A stretch of 64,000 nt of DNA from Zootoca vivipara (taxonomy: Eukaryota), in the NCBI RefSeq assembly GCF_963506605.1, contig NC_083280.1, positions 51,708,001-51,772,000 on the forward strand, read 5' to 3'. The translations under genes were made by a program, and so were the position numbers. Shown here in pieces: positions 12,153 to 24,722 of this stretch (position 1 is the first letter of the stretch; each line of letters begins with the position of its first letter). The notes beneath the pieces are model-generated. The model saw only the letters and a program-made list of their open reading frames with translations, was not told the DNA's origin and did no database searches.

Positions 12153-13569
12153 TAATATATTTTTTAATTTGTATCCCACCCTTCCCAACCAAAGCCTGAC
12201 TGAAATGTGGCCTACTGTTCAAGGGTAAGAGACAAATCCAATGCTTCACTTACTTTTTGCCTCTGGTCTTACCCTCTTTCCCCTCTGATCCTGCACTGAC
12301 ACACAGTTCCCAGGAGATTACCAATAAGTGAATGCAGCCCTGTGGCTGGGAAAGGTACTCTGTCCTATGCATAGATGGTAGGGAATGAGGCCAGCATGGC
12401 AGCAAGAGTTGGGTTGGGGCCACTGGGTGCAGCTCTGCCCTGCCACTCACACAGTTCAGGGGAGGAATACTCAAGCAGAGCTATACTCTTCTCACCATTT
12501 GGTTCAAAGTTCTGGTTCTGTCTGAAAGAAAAATACTGAGGTATAGGAGTTTGTAAAATGCTGGGACAAGATAAATAGCTGCTGCGGATAGGGAGCTTTC
12601 TGTCACATATGGCTGGTAACGTTAATGCCTCTGGTGTTTTCTCATTGACTTTGAAAAATTAAAAAGCTCTCTGCTGCTTTTATTAGTGGGCTGTGGTGGG
12701 TCTCCCTTCGTGACTGAGGAGGAAGTTGTGTGGCTGTGTGAACACTAGTTAAGTACACATGGGTGGCTAGGATGTGAATGATTTCGCTGTGGTTGTGCAC
12801 CAAGCAGCTTCTCTGCTCTAAGCATTAGTGATGCAATTTCATAACGATCCATTCAGACAGTGTGCAAGAGCCTGAAAGAAACAGCTTGAGACAGATATTT
12901 CCCTCTGGGAAATGCCATCCGAGAATATGTTAATCTGACAAATACACAAAAGACCGTCCTCTGTTGGCGAAGCATGAAGAATCCCTCTGTATTTTGGTAT
13001 TTGATCCGTCTTCCTCTTGAAAACTTGGGGGGGGGCGTGATGATTGTTACCCACTAATCATAACAGATCGTAGGGAAGTTGAGAGACATCAGGGCCGCCT
13101 CATGCTGCAAATTTGATATTGTCTGCACCATCTTTGACAATGCACTTGAAATTAATCAGAGGAGAAATGTCTCATTGGATTACATTTAACCATGAACACT
13201 GATCAGTTGCATGCAATTTTAACTCCGCTGTTGCATGTCCAGGACACTTTATTTAAAAAATAGACAATAACATATTACCCAGATATGTAGGAGATGATTT
13301 GGCATTTTGTGAAGTCAAAGGAAACACAGCTGGATAATTGATGGCAGTATTTTAGAGCTGACATTTCCTATGGCATGTGCATACACATATAGGTATACAT
13401 ATAGTTATAAAATATGGATAATGTGAATTGAGGGGCTAATGTGCAGAGCAACTGCCCCCTGTGCACATTAATCCTTATGAAGAAAGTACACATGCATTGT
13501 CCATGAGGAAATTGTGTACATTTCCCAGTCAATAAACAGACTCTCCCACAGGCCATGAAGAATGCACAT

Positions 13570-13648
13570 AAGCCGCCCAGAGTGGCGGGGGAGACCCGGC
13601 CAGATGGGCGGGGTATAAAAAAAAAATATTTAATTATTATTATTATAA
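13570..13648 (+). mobile_element. L2-type 3' terminal fragment
   Basis: agccgcccagagtggc…ggccagatgggcggggtataaa…attattattat; homologous to the 3' end of the L2 at 43941-44455. Confidence 0.7.
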
Positions 13649-13902
13649 CTTGACATTTTGTACGCTCTCCAGACATCATGCATAACTTTCAACAAGTTTG
13701 AGGGAACAAGCCTATCTCAGCTGAATTTTACACATTCTCTGGACACTCTCCAAGTAGCATGCCCTTTGTTTATATCACTAGTTCAGAGGTGGGCAACCCA
13801 TCCCTCTCCCTGCAATATTGATTAAAATTCCCCCCTTACTAGAGTGGACTAGAGTAGACACTAGTCCGCAGGCTCCTTCCCCTCACTACTCAACTGTTCC
13901 CT

Positions 13903-14035
13903 GTGTTTATGCTAGGAGTAGTTTGAATTGAGTGCATAATAACCAGCAATTATGTACATACTCCATGAGGCATGGTGAATGTGCACAATGGCTGCTTGTT
14001 ATAAACTCAACTTAAACTACTCCTAGCATAAACAC
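13903..14035. repeat. 133-bp inverted repeat (hairpin), probably MITE-derived
   Basis: 22-bp perfect outer arms gtgtttatgctaggagtagttt / aaactactcctagcataaacac, with imperfect inner pairing. Confidence 0.85.
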
Positions 14036-14618
14036 CTTCCCCCTCTGACCTACCATGGTATCTGTGATATAACCTGCTTGGATATTTTCATGGCATTTCA
14101 TTCACTCCAGGGAAAGAGCAAAAAGCAGCTCCTTGCAGTACCACCAGCACTGCTGTAAGCAATATGTGTGTCTCCATTACATGTCACAGGCACCTACCGT
14201 AATAGATTGTTCCTGTGACATTACTGGTAATGAGACACATGTATCAGAACAATTTACGGTAAAAGGCTCCTTTTTGAGTACATAGTGAATGATGTGAGGG
14301 GTTAATGTTTCCATTTTGAATCTTCTTGTTCGTTTTGTTAACAATTAGTGTTTGTTTCCCCTACCTATTCCCCTACATATGAAATTGACCAAGGATATTG
14401 CTACTATATACTTATGCATGCTGTATACTGAGGTTTTATTCACACTGCGGGTGGTGCTGTAGTGTAATCTAGTCTAATGAGCTGAGAGGGCTTCTGTGGA
14501 GAGTTTGCTTATCCTGCTCTTAGTCTGCCAACAAATCGTCTGCAGGAGTCTATAGTGAAGGCTTTCATGCACATAGCTGTAAAAAGCTGAGCTCAACTAT
14601 CTGCTTTATACAAGAAAC

Positions 14619-14790
14619 ACACTGGAAGAGCATCTATCTTGCATGCAGAAGGTCCCAGGTTCAACTCCCAGCATCTCCAGTAAGGGCTGGGAGTATCTTT
14701 TGTCTTACACCTGGAGAGCTGCTGCTAGCCAGTGTGGACATTAGTGGGCTAGATAGACAAAGGACCTGATTGTACAACGGCAGCTTCCTG
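14619..14790 (+). mobile_element. tRNA-derived squamate SINE
   Basis: agagcatct…gcatgcagaaggtcccaggttcaactcccagcatctcc (tRNA-like head with B box) followed by ctggagagctgctgc…gggctagat body. Confidence 0.75.
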
Positions 14791-16448
14791 CGGGATATCA
14801 AGTAAGCAACTAAGCATTTCAGTGTTGCAAATGGGGATAGATGGAGGTTTGCTGCCAAAGAAAGAAGCAAATGAAGGGGTCTCAACCAACAGCAGTAGAC
14901 TGTCTTGCTGTGGACTGGCAGGGGAAAGTCTGTGGTTTGGGACTTATCCACACAGGCCAATGATTGAAAACCACTAGAACAGTGGAGTCTGGATAAGTTC
15001 ATATCACTGGCTTGTATCTACTGTGAAATTAACATTCCAATCTGGACTGTGTTTGAACAGCTAGGATGGTTAAAATAGGTTTGGCAAGTTATGGAAATAA
15101 AGGAAGAAAGGACAAATTTATTTCAAAAAATGTTTCCAAGCTAATGATAATGTCTGAAATGGTCTATCTTTCAAAAAGGGAATACCACAGTATGAAACTG
15201 CCTGCCATAGATTACTTTTAGATCTCTTCTTCCTTTGTTGTGCTAGAGGCAAAGTATTTGTGATTTGGTGAATTTTTGCCATGAAAGATACAAAATGAAC
15301 TCGTTTCTTTTTGCATTGAAGTGCATGGACAGACTCTTTGCTCCTAAGAAGAGCTTGTGCCCTCTCCCTCTCTCTAAGCGTGCACGCGTACACGTACATA
15401 CACACACACACACACACAGTTCCAAATGCTCCTATCCAATTAAAATCCTCTGCAGGTCTGTAAAGCTATTGACAACTTGTTCCATGTCACTAAACTTGGT
15501 TGGCTGCCCTGACTCCAGAAATAAAAATGCAGTGCTTCATAAATGATCTCAGCATTAATAAGAGCCAGGAGGGATGCCTTTTAGAGGTAACCAGGGTTTT
15601 TTACTAGGGATGTTTCATGCCATTGTTTTTCTTCTCTGCTAAATTGTCCTTTCTGCATCAGGCTTGAGAAGAGAGATCAATGCATGATGATGAAGAAGAA
15701 AAAGAAGAATCAATGTTATTATTTCTGATTTACGCTGCTGTAGATTGCAGCAGAAATTGCCTATGGAAGAAATTGTAGATTTCTAAAGTAAAGGTGGTCA
15801 GAAATTGGTACGGTAGTTTAAATCTTATTTTACTAATTTGTGCATTAGAATTTTTACTCCCTGTGTAGAACCACAATCTTGGTTGAAATTAAAAGGTGTT
15901 TTTTTTTTAAAAAAAGTGTTCATTAAAGTCAATGCCAGTCTTTTTGGTTGACCGCTCAGAAAGCACCTGCCATTTGACTAATGGCTTTAGTGCTGAAATG
16001 TGAAGATCATATGCTGTACGAAGTCACTGGGAAATCTTGCTGAGGAGAGAGGGTAGGGAATTCCAAGGTGGGTTTTGAATATTAGATACACTTTCAAACC
16101 CCAAGCTAAATATTGCCTGCTATTGTTTGCAAAGGAACTCAGCTCATAAATAATTGGGGCTGCAACCTGAAGCCTCACCCTTCCAGCATAACTGCTCCAT
16201 TTAAAAGTTCAGGACAGAACCAATGGCATCCTTTCCAAACCATTTGCTTTGCTCCTTGCAAGGGGCACTGAATATCTTGGTTATAATTAATTCATTAGCA
16301 CATTTGCACTGGCCTCCTAACAAATCTGCAGAGAACTACTGTAGGAGGAAGTCAGTGGATAAATAAGGAGGCACTTGGGCAAACACTCAAAATTCAGTTA
16401 TTTATTTTCCCCACTAGCAGCTTTTAGAGAGAGAAGGTTATGAAGGGT

Positions 16449-16492
<44 letters not shown>

Positions 16493-18033
16493 CGTGTGTT
16501 TTAAAGCCTAATCCGTTCAGTCAGCGGTGTCGAGAGTAAAAGCTTCTTCTTCAGCTTGGTGTCGATGCTTGGTTGAGTCTTAAAGCTTCATGGTTTTTTG
16601 ATACTGCATTGAATCTGAAGCTTTGATGTCTGAGGCTGCTGCCTTCACAGAGTAAATCACATTTTAAAGTTTATCAGTACAGTGAGTACTGTCTTCTCTC
16701 TCGCATACACATATACAGCCTCACCTTCCCATTGCTTTTTCTTTTTTGTGAGAGGTATTAAATGTTTCTTCTGCTTACATCTTTTTCAGTGACAGGTTGG
16801 CACTTTCCTTCCCAAAAAGTGGGATGATTTTTCTATCTTGGGTTTGAGAGGGCACAAGGGGAGGTGGAAAAAAGGCAGGAAGGGGACAGAGAATTTCTGG
16901 ATAAACCAGAGTGCTTGTGTTTCCACTTGGGCCTGTTGCCCTACTGTTTCCCTCTGTCTATGGCAAGGGATGTAGGGCTCCTGTGATTTGCGCATTATAT
17001 CCTTGTGGGATTTGGCATTTGAATAGACATTGCTGGTGGTCACTGACGGCGACTGTCAGCTGGAAAGATCTTCACAGAGGAATGTAATGATCGCCCGAAT
17101 ACCTCCTTGTCATGGCTTCCATGACGTAGCTATCCTGTGTTGTCATGTTTCCTAAATACCTTGTGTTTGTAGAATTTCTCAGTGTGAATACTCCTGTGTT
17201 ATGCATATCCAATCTTCTAACAGAAAAAGTTCTTATGTAGATGACAGCACCATTGCAATTCCAAACTCCTCATTATTTGGCATTACTGTCTTTCCTCTCT
17301 TCCATCCCTGATCACCAGCTCCCACTCCCTATTGTATAACTTTCACCAGTCCCCATGGATGGTTAAATCTGTCCATTTGGCTCCTCTCCATTTCTCATTT
17401 CTCCAGTCAATTTATAACATTTTCACATCAGTTTCCACTTTAAAAAAAGGTCCTAATGAAAATTCATCAGCATCTTAGTGTGAATTTCTCTTAATATACA
17501 AATGTTTGCAAAGTGATTTCCTATAATATAAAGCATTTTTATGTTATTTTCATGAGTATATGCATTTTTATGCACAATTTGGCCCAGTATAGGCATTGTT
17601 ATACATATTACATGACTGCATTGCACACTTCAGAAGAGTACGAAATATATCTGGGTTTCTGTTAACATATTGTTTCAGAAAGTGTGAATTAGAACATAAG
17701 ATGTGGACACAGGGAAATAAGAAGAGCCTGTTGGATGAGGCTCATCTTTTCCATCATCCTGTTCTCACAGTGGTCAACCAGATTCCTGTGGGAAGCATTA
17801 GGTAGGTTTGTGTTTAAATTTGAACTTACGGTAATCAAAATTTCCCCATATCCTTACCAGCCCAACATACCCCCCACTGGTAGCACCAACACTGTTTGAC
17901 TACTTCCATTTTTTTCAACTGGCATTATGATTTCTGTCTGGAAAACATTCCTGATCAGAGGAGCATTTCCCCAAATGATTGGGTTAAGAGAACAGGTCTG
18001 AATTTGTTTCATTGGTGTCCTTTGTCACAAATC

Positions 18034-18034
<1 letters not shown>

Positions 18035-18085
<51 letters not shown>
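18035..18085. repeat. (TAT)n microsatellite
   Basis: Directly visible. Confidence 0.95.
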
Positions 18086-20147
18086 TTAACAATCTTTCCC
18101 CTTTGGCCTTTGACTAAATGCAACCTTTCCACTCAAGCTATCATATTCCCTTTCAGGGAGCATACATGAATTAGTCCCTGGGTGGCAGGAACTGTATGGT
18201 CTCTTGTCTTTCCCCTCATTTCCTTTGTAACAAAGCTCATTCTTTATCAGTTCAGTCTTTACAACTGTAGGATATTCAGCCAACCCCTGCCACCTGCCAC
18301 AGTTACTTCGGTAAAGAATCTATTTCCCTTACCTTCAGCACCCTCTTGTTACAGCTTGGCACAGTGCAGAACTCATACAAATGGGCAGGAGGAGGAACTC
18401 TTCCCCTCTTATTGCAGCATCCTCTCTCCAGATTTTGATATTCCAAGGGAGATTAGGCAGGTCCCATCCCTGCAATATTTATTCTCTGCAGCTTTTTTTA
18501 AAAAAGGTTTTAAAAGGGCTACTCCTGTAAAGATATTTTTATTTTTATTACACTGTGTTAAGGGTGAGGACTATTTTATAACATCTTTGGCAGTTTCCCC
18601 AAGTTTTAAATTATGTGCTGTTTAAACACTGCTGCATGCTTAACTCATATTTGCCATATGATGAGAAATGTTTTCTGAAAGGTGTAATTAAAAATGTTAA
18701 ATAAATATGAGAATGTTTTGCTAATCATAGAGAACTCCTTTTAGCTCCCCCCCCAAGCTTCAGTTGTTTCATCTAAGAAAGAGGAACCCTCAAATTTAGA
18801 TCCTATGTGATATCCACCATGCGAAAGTCTCTAGAAGTATTCCTAAATGGCAGTGGCTCCATAGAGGAGGCATAATAACTGAAAGCTCTAGGCCCAATGT
18901 TGCCCTCCAAATGTTGTTTGACTCCAATTCCCAGCAGGACCAGCCAGAATTGCCAATTGCCAATCAGTCAGTATTGATGGGAGTTGTAGTCCAACAATAT
19001 CAGGGGTGGGAGCACAGATTCCTCACATCTGCTTTATGGAAATATTGCCACACATTCCTAGTACTTCAGAGCTGTGCTAGTGTGGAGACTCTCCTCATAG
19101 TTGGTATGATCTTTGCGGCAAACTGCTCTCAAATATTAGACATTTTGCATCGAACCACTATCACAAGAAAAAGTGCCTCCAGATGGCAGCTATGAGATGG
19201 CATATTGAGGAAAAACACTAACCGTTCATATTCACGAGCAGGGAACTTCATTAGCAAGGACCATTTGTGGTGTGAAACTTATAACGGAATTGACAGGAAC
19301 TGTTTTACTGGACAAGACCTATAATTAGGATATTAGATTGTCTTGGTGTTTAAAAACTGTTTATTATCATGGGCTGGCAATGTACTTTGCTGACATAAAA
19401 CCTGACCTAACCTTCACAGATAGTGTTCTATGCAACTCATGGAAGGATCTATCATCTTGCTCACTATTTTTTTTATGAGAGCAGTCATCATACATTCTGA
19501 AAAATGATGTGCATCCTGCAATAAATCATATTTTCCTTGATGACATATGTCACTTTAGAGTGACAAAGGAAAGGGGGCATTTGGAATAGATAAGGGAGAC
19601 ACAACATGGGGATAATGGATGGCTCCCTATCTCTTAATTTTTGGTGCTTAGCACACATTGACAATGATCTCTAATGTTCAGATAATGGCATGCATTTCTC
19701 TATTGGAATTAAGGCCTAATTTGCTGTGTCTGAAAAAGCACAGCCTCAAAAGCTGGCAAGACAACAACAGCACCAGGTTAGCTTTGGCAACTGTCTTTTT
19801 GGAGCCAACATTATCGTTACACGGGATTAGTTCTCCAATGTGTCTCACTTTGCACTTATCCACATTGAATTTCATTCACGGTTTTGTTAAGTTGCTCCCT
19901 TCGTTTCAATTATCTTTATATAGCACTTTGCAGCCTGCTTTCGACTTACAAGCTTTGAATGACCCTGATCTACTGATCAGTTAAAGTCACCCTGCTCATC
20001 TGATTCAGTTCATTTAGCATATGGTTTCAGTTCATCTGGCTGCAATCTTTTCTGATCACTCTAATATTAGCTTTGCATCAATTCCTTGGAGAAAGAAAGA
20101 AACAAAAAACCCACTCCTTTTCATAACCTTAAAGCCACCAGAGGACT

Positions 20148-20297
20148 TAGAATCATAGAACCATAGAGTTGGAAGAGACCACAAGGGCCATCCAGCCCAA
20201 CCCCCTGCCAAGCAGGAAACACCATCAAAGCATTCTTGACTATATGCCTGTCAAGCCTCTGCTTAAAGACCTCCAAAGAAGGAGACTCCACCACACT
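20148..20297 (-). mobile_element. CR1 LINE 3' fragment
   Basis: tagaatcatagaa tail, gttggaagagaccacaagggccatcc…ctctgcttaaagacctccaaagaaggagactcc; near-identical to copies at 22739 and 45665. Confidence 0.9.
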
Positions 20298-20941
20298 TGG
20301 ACTACTGCATGCAGAGTTGCATGGACAGCTGCAACACTGAAGAGTTAAAATTAAGCCATATGAGGAGGACTGTTCATAGCCCCGACCCTGGGCCTCCCAT
20401 CAACATCAGCAGTGCAGTAAAAATGTTCCTATGAAGAATCAGATTTAGCGGGTGCACAGAGAGAGGAGGGGATAGAATATTCTGTTGCACTACATTCACC
20501 TTATAATTAATTATAATTCATTAAAACACAGCAGAACTACTTGTTTAAAATCAGAACCCACTTAGCAGAGAACAGGAGAATAAAACATGGCAGCACTAAA
20601 TATTTAAAGATGGTGCAAAGTTGAAAAATTTCACAAAGCTAAAACAATGCCAGGACACAGCATAATAAAGATGAAAAAGGCCTGAGATGATAGAAGGTAT
20701 TGGACTGAGTAAGCAACAAGTGGGCCCTTCTGGGGGCAGCATTCCACAACTCAGGGACCACTATTGAGAAGGACCTTTCTCTATCATTTACCATATTTCA
20801 TTTGGGTACTTGGAAGAAAGTGTCAGACAAAGATATCAAGGAACAGTAGGCAACGTGAAAATGGAATTCTTCTGATAGTGAAGTACAATGGTGTCGTGGT
20901 AAACTTTGAAGTATAGGAACTCATCATGACAGCCTCCATAG

Positions 20942-21077
20942 CAGGCATAGGCAACCTTGGCTCTCCAGATGTTTTGGAACTACAACTCCCATGATCCCTG
21001 ACCACTGGCCCTGTTAGCTAGGGATCATGGGAGTTGTAGTTCCAAAACATCTGGAGAGCCAAGGTTGCCTATGCCTG
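20942..21077. mobile_element. Young palindromic hAT-type MITE (136 bp)
   Basis: 58-bp perfect inverted arms, 20-nt loop, perfect 8-bp TSD ctccatag (20934-20941, 21078-21085); decayed relatives at about 3300-3435, 9945-10060, 18890-19030 and 46450-46570. Confidence 0.95.
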
Positions 21078-22646
21078 CTCCATAGCTATACCCTAACAAG
21101 AGTCCAAAAGTAAAGGCAAATATGTTGATCCATTATTATACTTAAACACATACACATCAAAGAGTAGCATTCATAATACAACATCCAAATTACTAGAATC
21201 TGCATGACTGCAGTCCTCAAAATTGTTTCCCAGCTTGAAGTAAACATCATTGAATTCAATATCCTTTCTACTGACTGCATAGGTTCAGCTTGAGAAACCC
21301 ACTGAGCTTCAACAAAAGATCTTCAACCAGCTGAAATGCAACCTTAAGCTTTCAGTCAAAAATGCAAAACATGCAAATAGGTGTTGCAGTTAAAATACAA
21401 GCCTGAAGTAGGAACCCAATAAAAGAAAAGGAAAGAAGCATCCAGCCTCTGACTTCTTCTATGTTAATCGGTCACATCCAAATTTGAATTCACTCATTCA
21501 CTTGCTGGAGCAAAGAGGGTCTGTCTGTTACCATGGTTCTCAGGCAAATCACTTGTCATTGCTACTGCTCTGAAAAAAAGGTATTGGAGCTATATTCCTT
21601 GGCAACCCTTCCACCATAACACTGCTGAAGCCACAAACTGCAAAGGGCTTTAAAGGTCAAAACTAGCACTTCAAATTAGGTTTGGAGAAGGACTGGGAAC
21701 CAGTGAAAAGGATAAGACAAAATGTTTGTAAGACTTGATGCCCGTTAATATATTTGCAGATATTCTGAGGTATCATTTCCACCTCAGGAACAAGCAGTGT
21801 GGAGTTGTAATTGCATCAGCCTGTGGCAAGGTTGTTGACCTGCAAAATTTACATGCTACATTCAGCCTAAGTTGCAGCAAGTGCCTATCTAGTGCCTACA
21901 TTTTGAGGTGAAATGTCTAAAGCTGATCAAGCCTGCATTCAGTGTACGACACCGGCACTGCTTGCTCACCCTGGGTTTACTTGCTTGACACATAACATAG
22001 GCTTACTTATTTCTACAGCCAACGCACACTGAGGGAGTAGTGAGAATGGGCCCTCATTATATTGGTTCAATGGAAGGGAAGTTTCAGCAACACCAGCATT
22101 GGAGTTTTCATTTCACAGCAGCAGCACAAGCCCTGGTACTGCAGTGTTCTAGCATGGGAACACTTATTATTAACCACATTACCTCCAGCAGCAGGAACTA
22201 ACTGATGACTGGGATATTAGGCATCAGGTTGCTGTCCTTCCATTATATCCACCACATAAAAGGCCATTAAAGGATACTGAAAAGTGCCACTACCACCCCA
22301 TCCCACTTCTCATTTCTCTTCATTTTAAAATTGACCATTATGACTGCTTCCTATCTCCTATATTTTGATCAGTTGCAGATCTAGGGTTAGGGAATTTGCT
22401 TTTCAGACTTAGCTCCATGCTTAGTGTAGTGTTTTAAACAGCCTTTGATGATTCACCTTATTAGTGGACCTGTTATTAATTGTTCTCTAAATCTTGGCGG
22501 CAAATTGTTTTATGTAAATAAGGTTTAGAGATTTGGGCGGGTGGAGGTTTGACTGCCTTTACTTCTTTTGTTTATTAAAATTATAGATTGTATTTTTAAC
22601 ATTGTTTTGTTGTAAATTGTTCAGGTAATATTTACGGCCAGCTATA

Positions 22647-22681
22647 TAATAGTAGTAATAATAGTAATAGTAATAGTAATA

Positions 22682-22712
<31 letters not shown>

Positions 22713-22714
22713 TA
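22647..22714. repeat. (TAA/TAG)n microsatellite
   Basis: Directly visible. Confidence 0.9.
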
Positions 22715-22738
22715 CATAGTAGTATATACAACTTTTAT

Positions 22739-22858
22739 TAGAATCATAGAATAATAGAGTTGGAAGAGACCACAAGGGCCATCCAGTCCAACCCCCTGCC
22801 AAGCAGGAAACACCATCAAAGCATTCTTGACATATGCCTGTCAAGCCTCCGCTTAAAG
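22739..22858 (-). mobile_element. CR1 LINE 3' fragment
   Basis: Same 3' end sequence as 20148-20297 and 45665-46064. Confidence 0.9.
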
Positions 22859-24690
22859 CCCTTTTTTATTGATGCTATGCTACCTACTATTTCTTTGCCT
22901 AAGAAAGCAATCTTAGTGTAAATTTACATGCTGAAGGCATGTGAACTGCAGTGTGGCAACAACATCAAATTTTTATGTATATAGGAAAAAATAATTCATT
23001 TGTTGTAGCAGACAACTAACTAGTACCCATTGAATCAGTGCAGTAGAGAGAGAGAAGGCACTCCTCACTGCTACCAAGCATTTATAAAATTCAAGAAAAT
23101 ATTCCAAGGAATCATCCATCAAGGCATCCAAGGCATGATCTCATAGAAGCTATATGGAGAAGTTTCAGATAACCAGTCAATAGATAAAACTGTTATGCTT
23201 AGAGAAAAATGACTGTTTAAGATCCTGAAAGATAAAAACTAGGAAGAAATCTTAATGCAAGCTATCTCAGTGTGTGGTTGTCAGGCCAGAATGACCAGTA
23301 ATAGGTTTTGGTAACCTAATCTCTCTCCCACCCCCACCCCACCTCTGTGTTTTGCAGAAAAGCTCTTTGGTAATATGAATACTGCTTCATCAGACAGCTT
23401 CATTACTGTGGACAATCAACTTCTGTGTGGTATTTACAGTACTGTACTATACAATTTTTGGCTTATGGATTGTGTGGGGAGAGACACTGTGTTTGCTATT
23501 GAAGAATGGCTTCTTACACCAGTGATGCCCTTAGGGGCCTTCTAAGGAGCCTACTGTCAGAAGAATTCTGAGGGAGGTTCTGAACCTCTGAGTCTTGGTA
23601 TAAAAGCAGTGTTGGGGATGTTGCTAGGTATCAACATCATCGGCTTTGGGGCTACTTAGGGATGTGAAAGTGTATGAAAAAGTAAATAAATAGCTAGACT
23701 ATGACTATGTCAGTGCAGTTGGTCATCACTCCATTTGCTCCATCGCTCCACATTGACACAATGGCTATCTTCAAGTAAGTTACTCCAGGGTTTTGAAGTG
23801 ATCCCATTGATTTTGATGTAGCTATTCAAAAATTACTTGTTTGGATCTTATTGTCACATTGATATATGCTGTAAAGCAGTCTGCGTTGTAATAGTGATGG
23901 AAGTGTTTATGCATTATGTGAATGCCATAACTGACCTGCTTCACATGTTTGGTGGGTCTACCGGATCACTTATAAAAGCACCTCTGTGACCAACAAGCAT
24001 GTGGTCTGGTTGGAATCACATTGAAGCAATGTTCATAAAACCCAGACTACTGCATAGGATTTGGTTCAGTCCCAGCTCATATGGTGGATTCATATGGTCA
24101 TCTGGGGCAGGCAACAATGGTGGCTGACAAGCTCCTAGCTGCTCAGGATCATATGAAGTCATCTTCTGGGGGGTGGGGTGAGGGTGGAACGAAACCCCCA
24201 TGATGAGGACCTGTGTTCAGACCTAGTGTCCTGAGATACTTTACATTTGTGCAAGATTGGTGGGGACAGTGAAAACATCCCAACACTTTCCCTCTTCTGG
24301 TTTCTAGTGTACATAGCAATGTCTTCTTCCTCTTCCCCTACTGCTTTGAAGAGCTTTTTGTTGGTGGCTCCATGTCTATGGAATGAAAGACCAGCTCACC
24401 CCAAGGATCCTTATTTTATACGGTAGGTTGATTATTTTGTTGTTTAATTCCATAGTATGCTTTTATATTCTCTTATTTTTGTCCACCACTCTGTAGCCTT
24501 TTGTGGTGAAGAACAGTATAGGAATAAATAAATAAAGCTTGATACTTTGTACCACTGAAAATAGATAATCCGACTTTCTATTTTCGCAGTTTTAAGGTAT
24601 GGAACTCTGGAGTATAGGCTATTTACTCAGGAGTATATGCTATTTACTTCATATTCTTCCTGGCCCAAAATATTTCTGCCTCTAGAATGG

Positions 24691-24722
24691 GGTCACAAAG
24701 AGTCGGACACGACTAAACAACA
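24691..24722 (+). mobile_element. 32-bp BovB 3' terminal insertion
   Basis: ggtcacaaagagtcggacacgactaaacaaca matches the end of the BovB at 50624-50668; flanked by 7-bp TSD agaatgg. Confidence 0.85.

Noticed and set aside
14619-14680. tRNA-like sequence
   Set aside because: Decayed SINE head followed by a SINE body; no complete cloverleaf.
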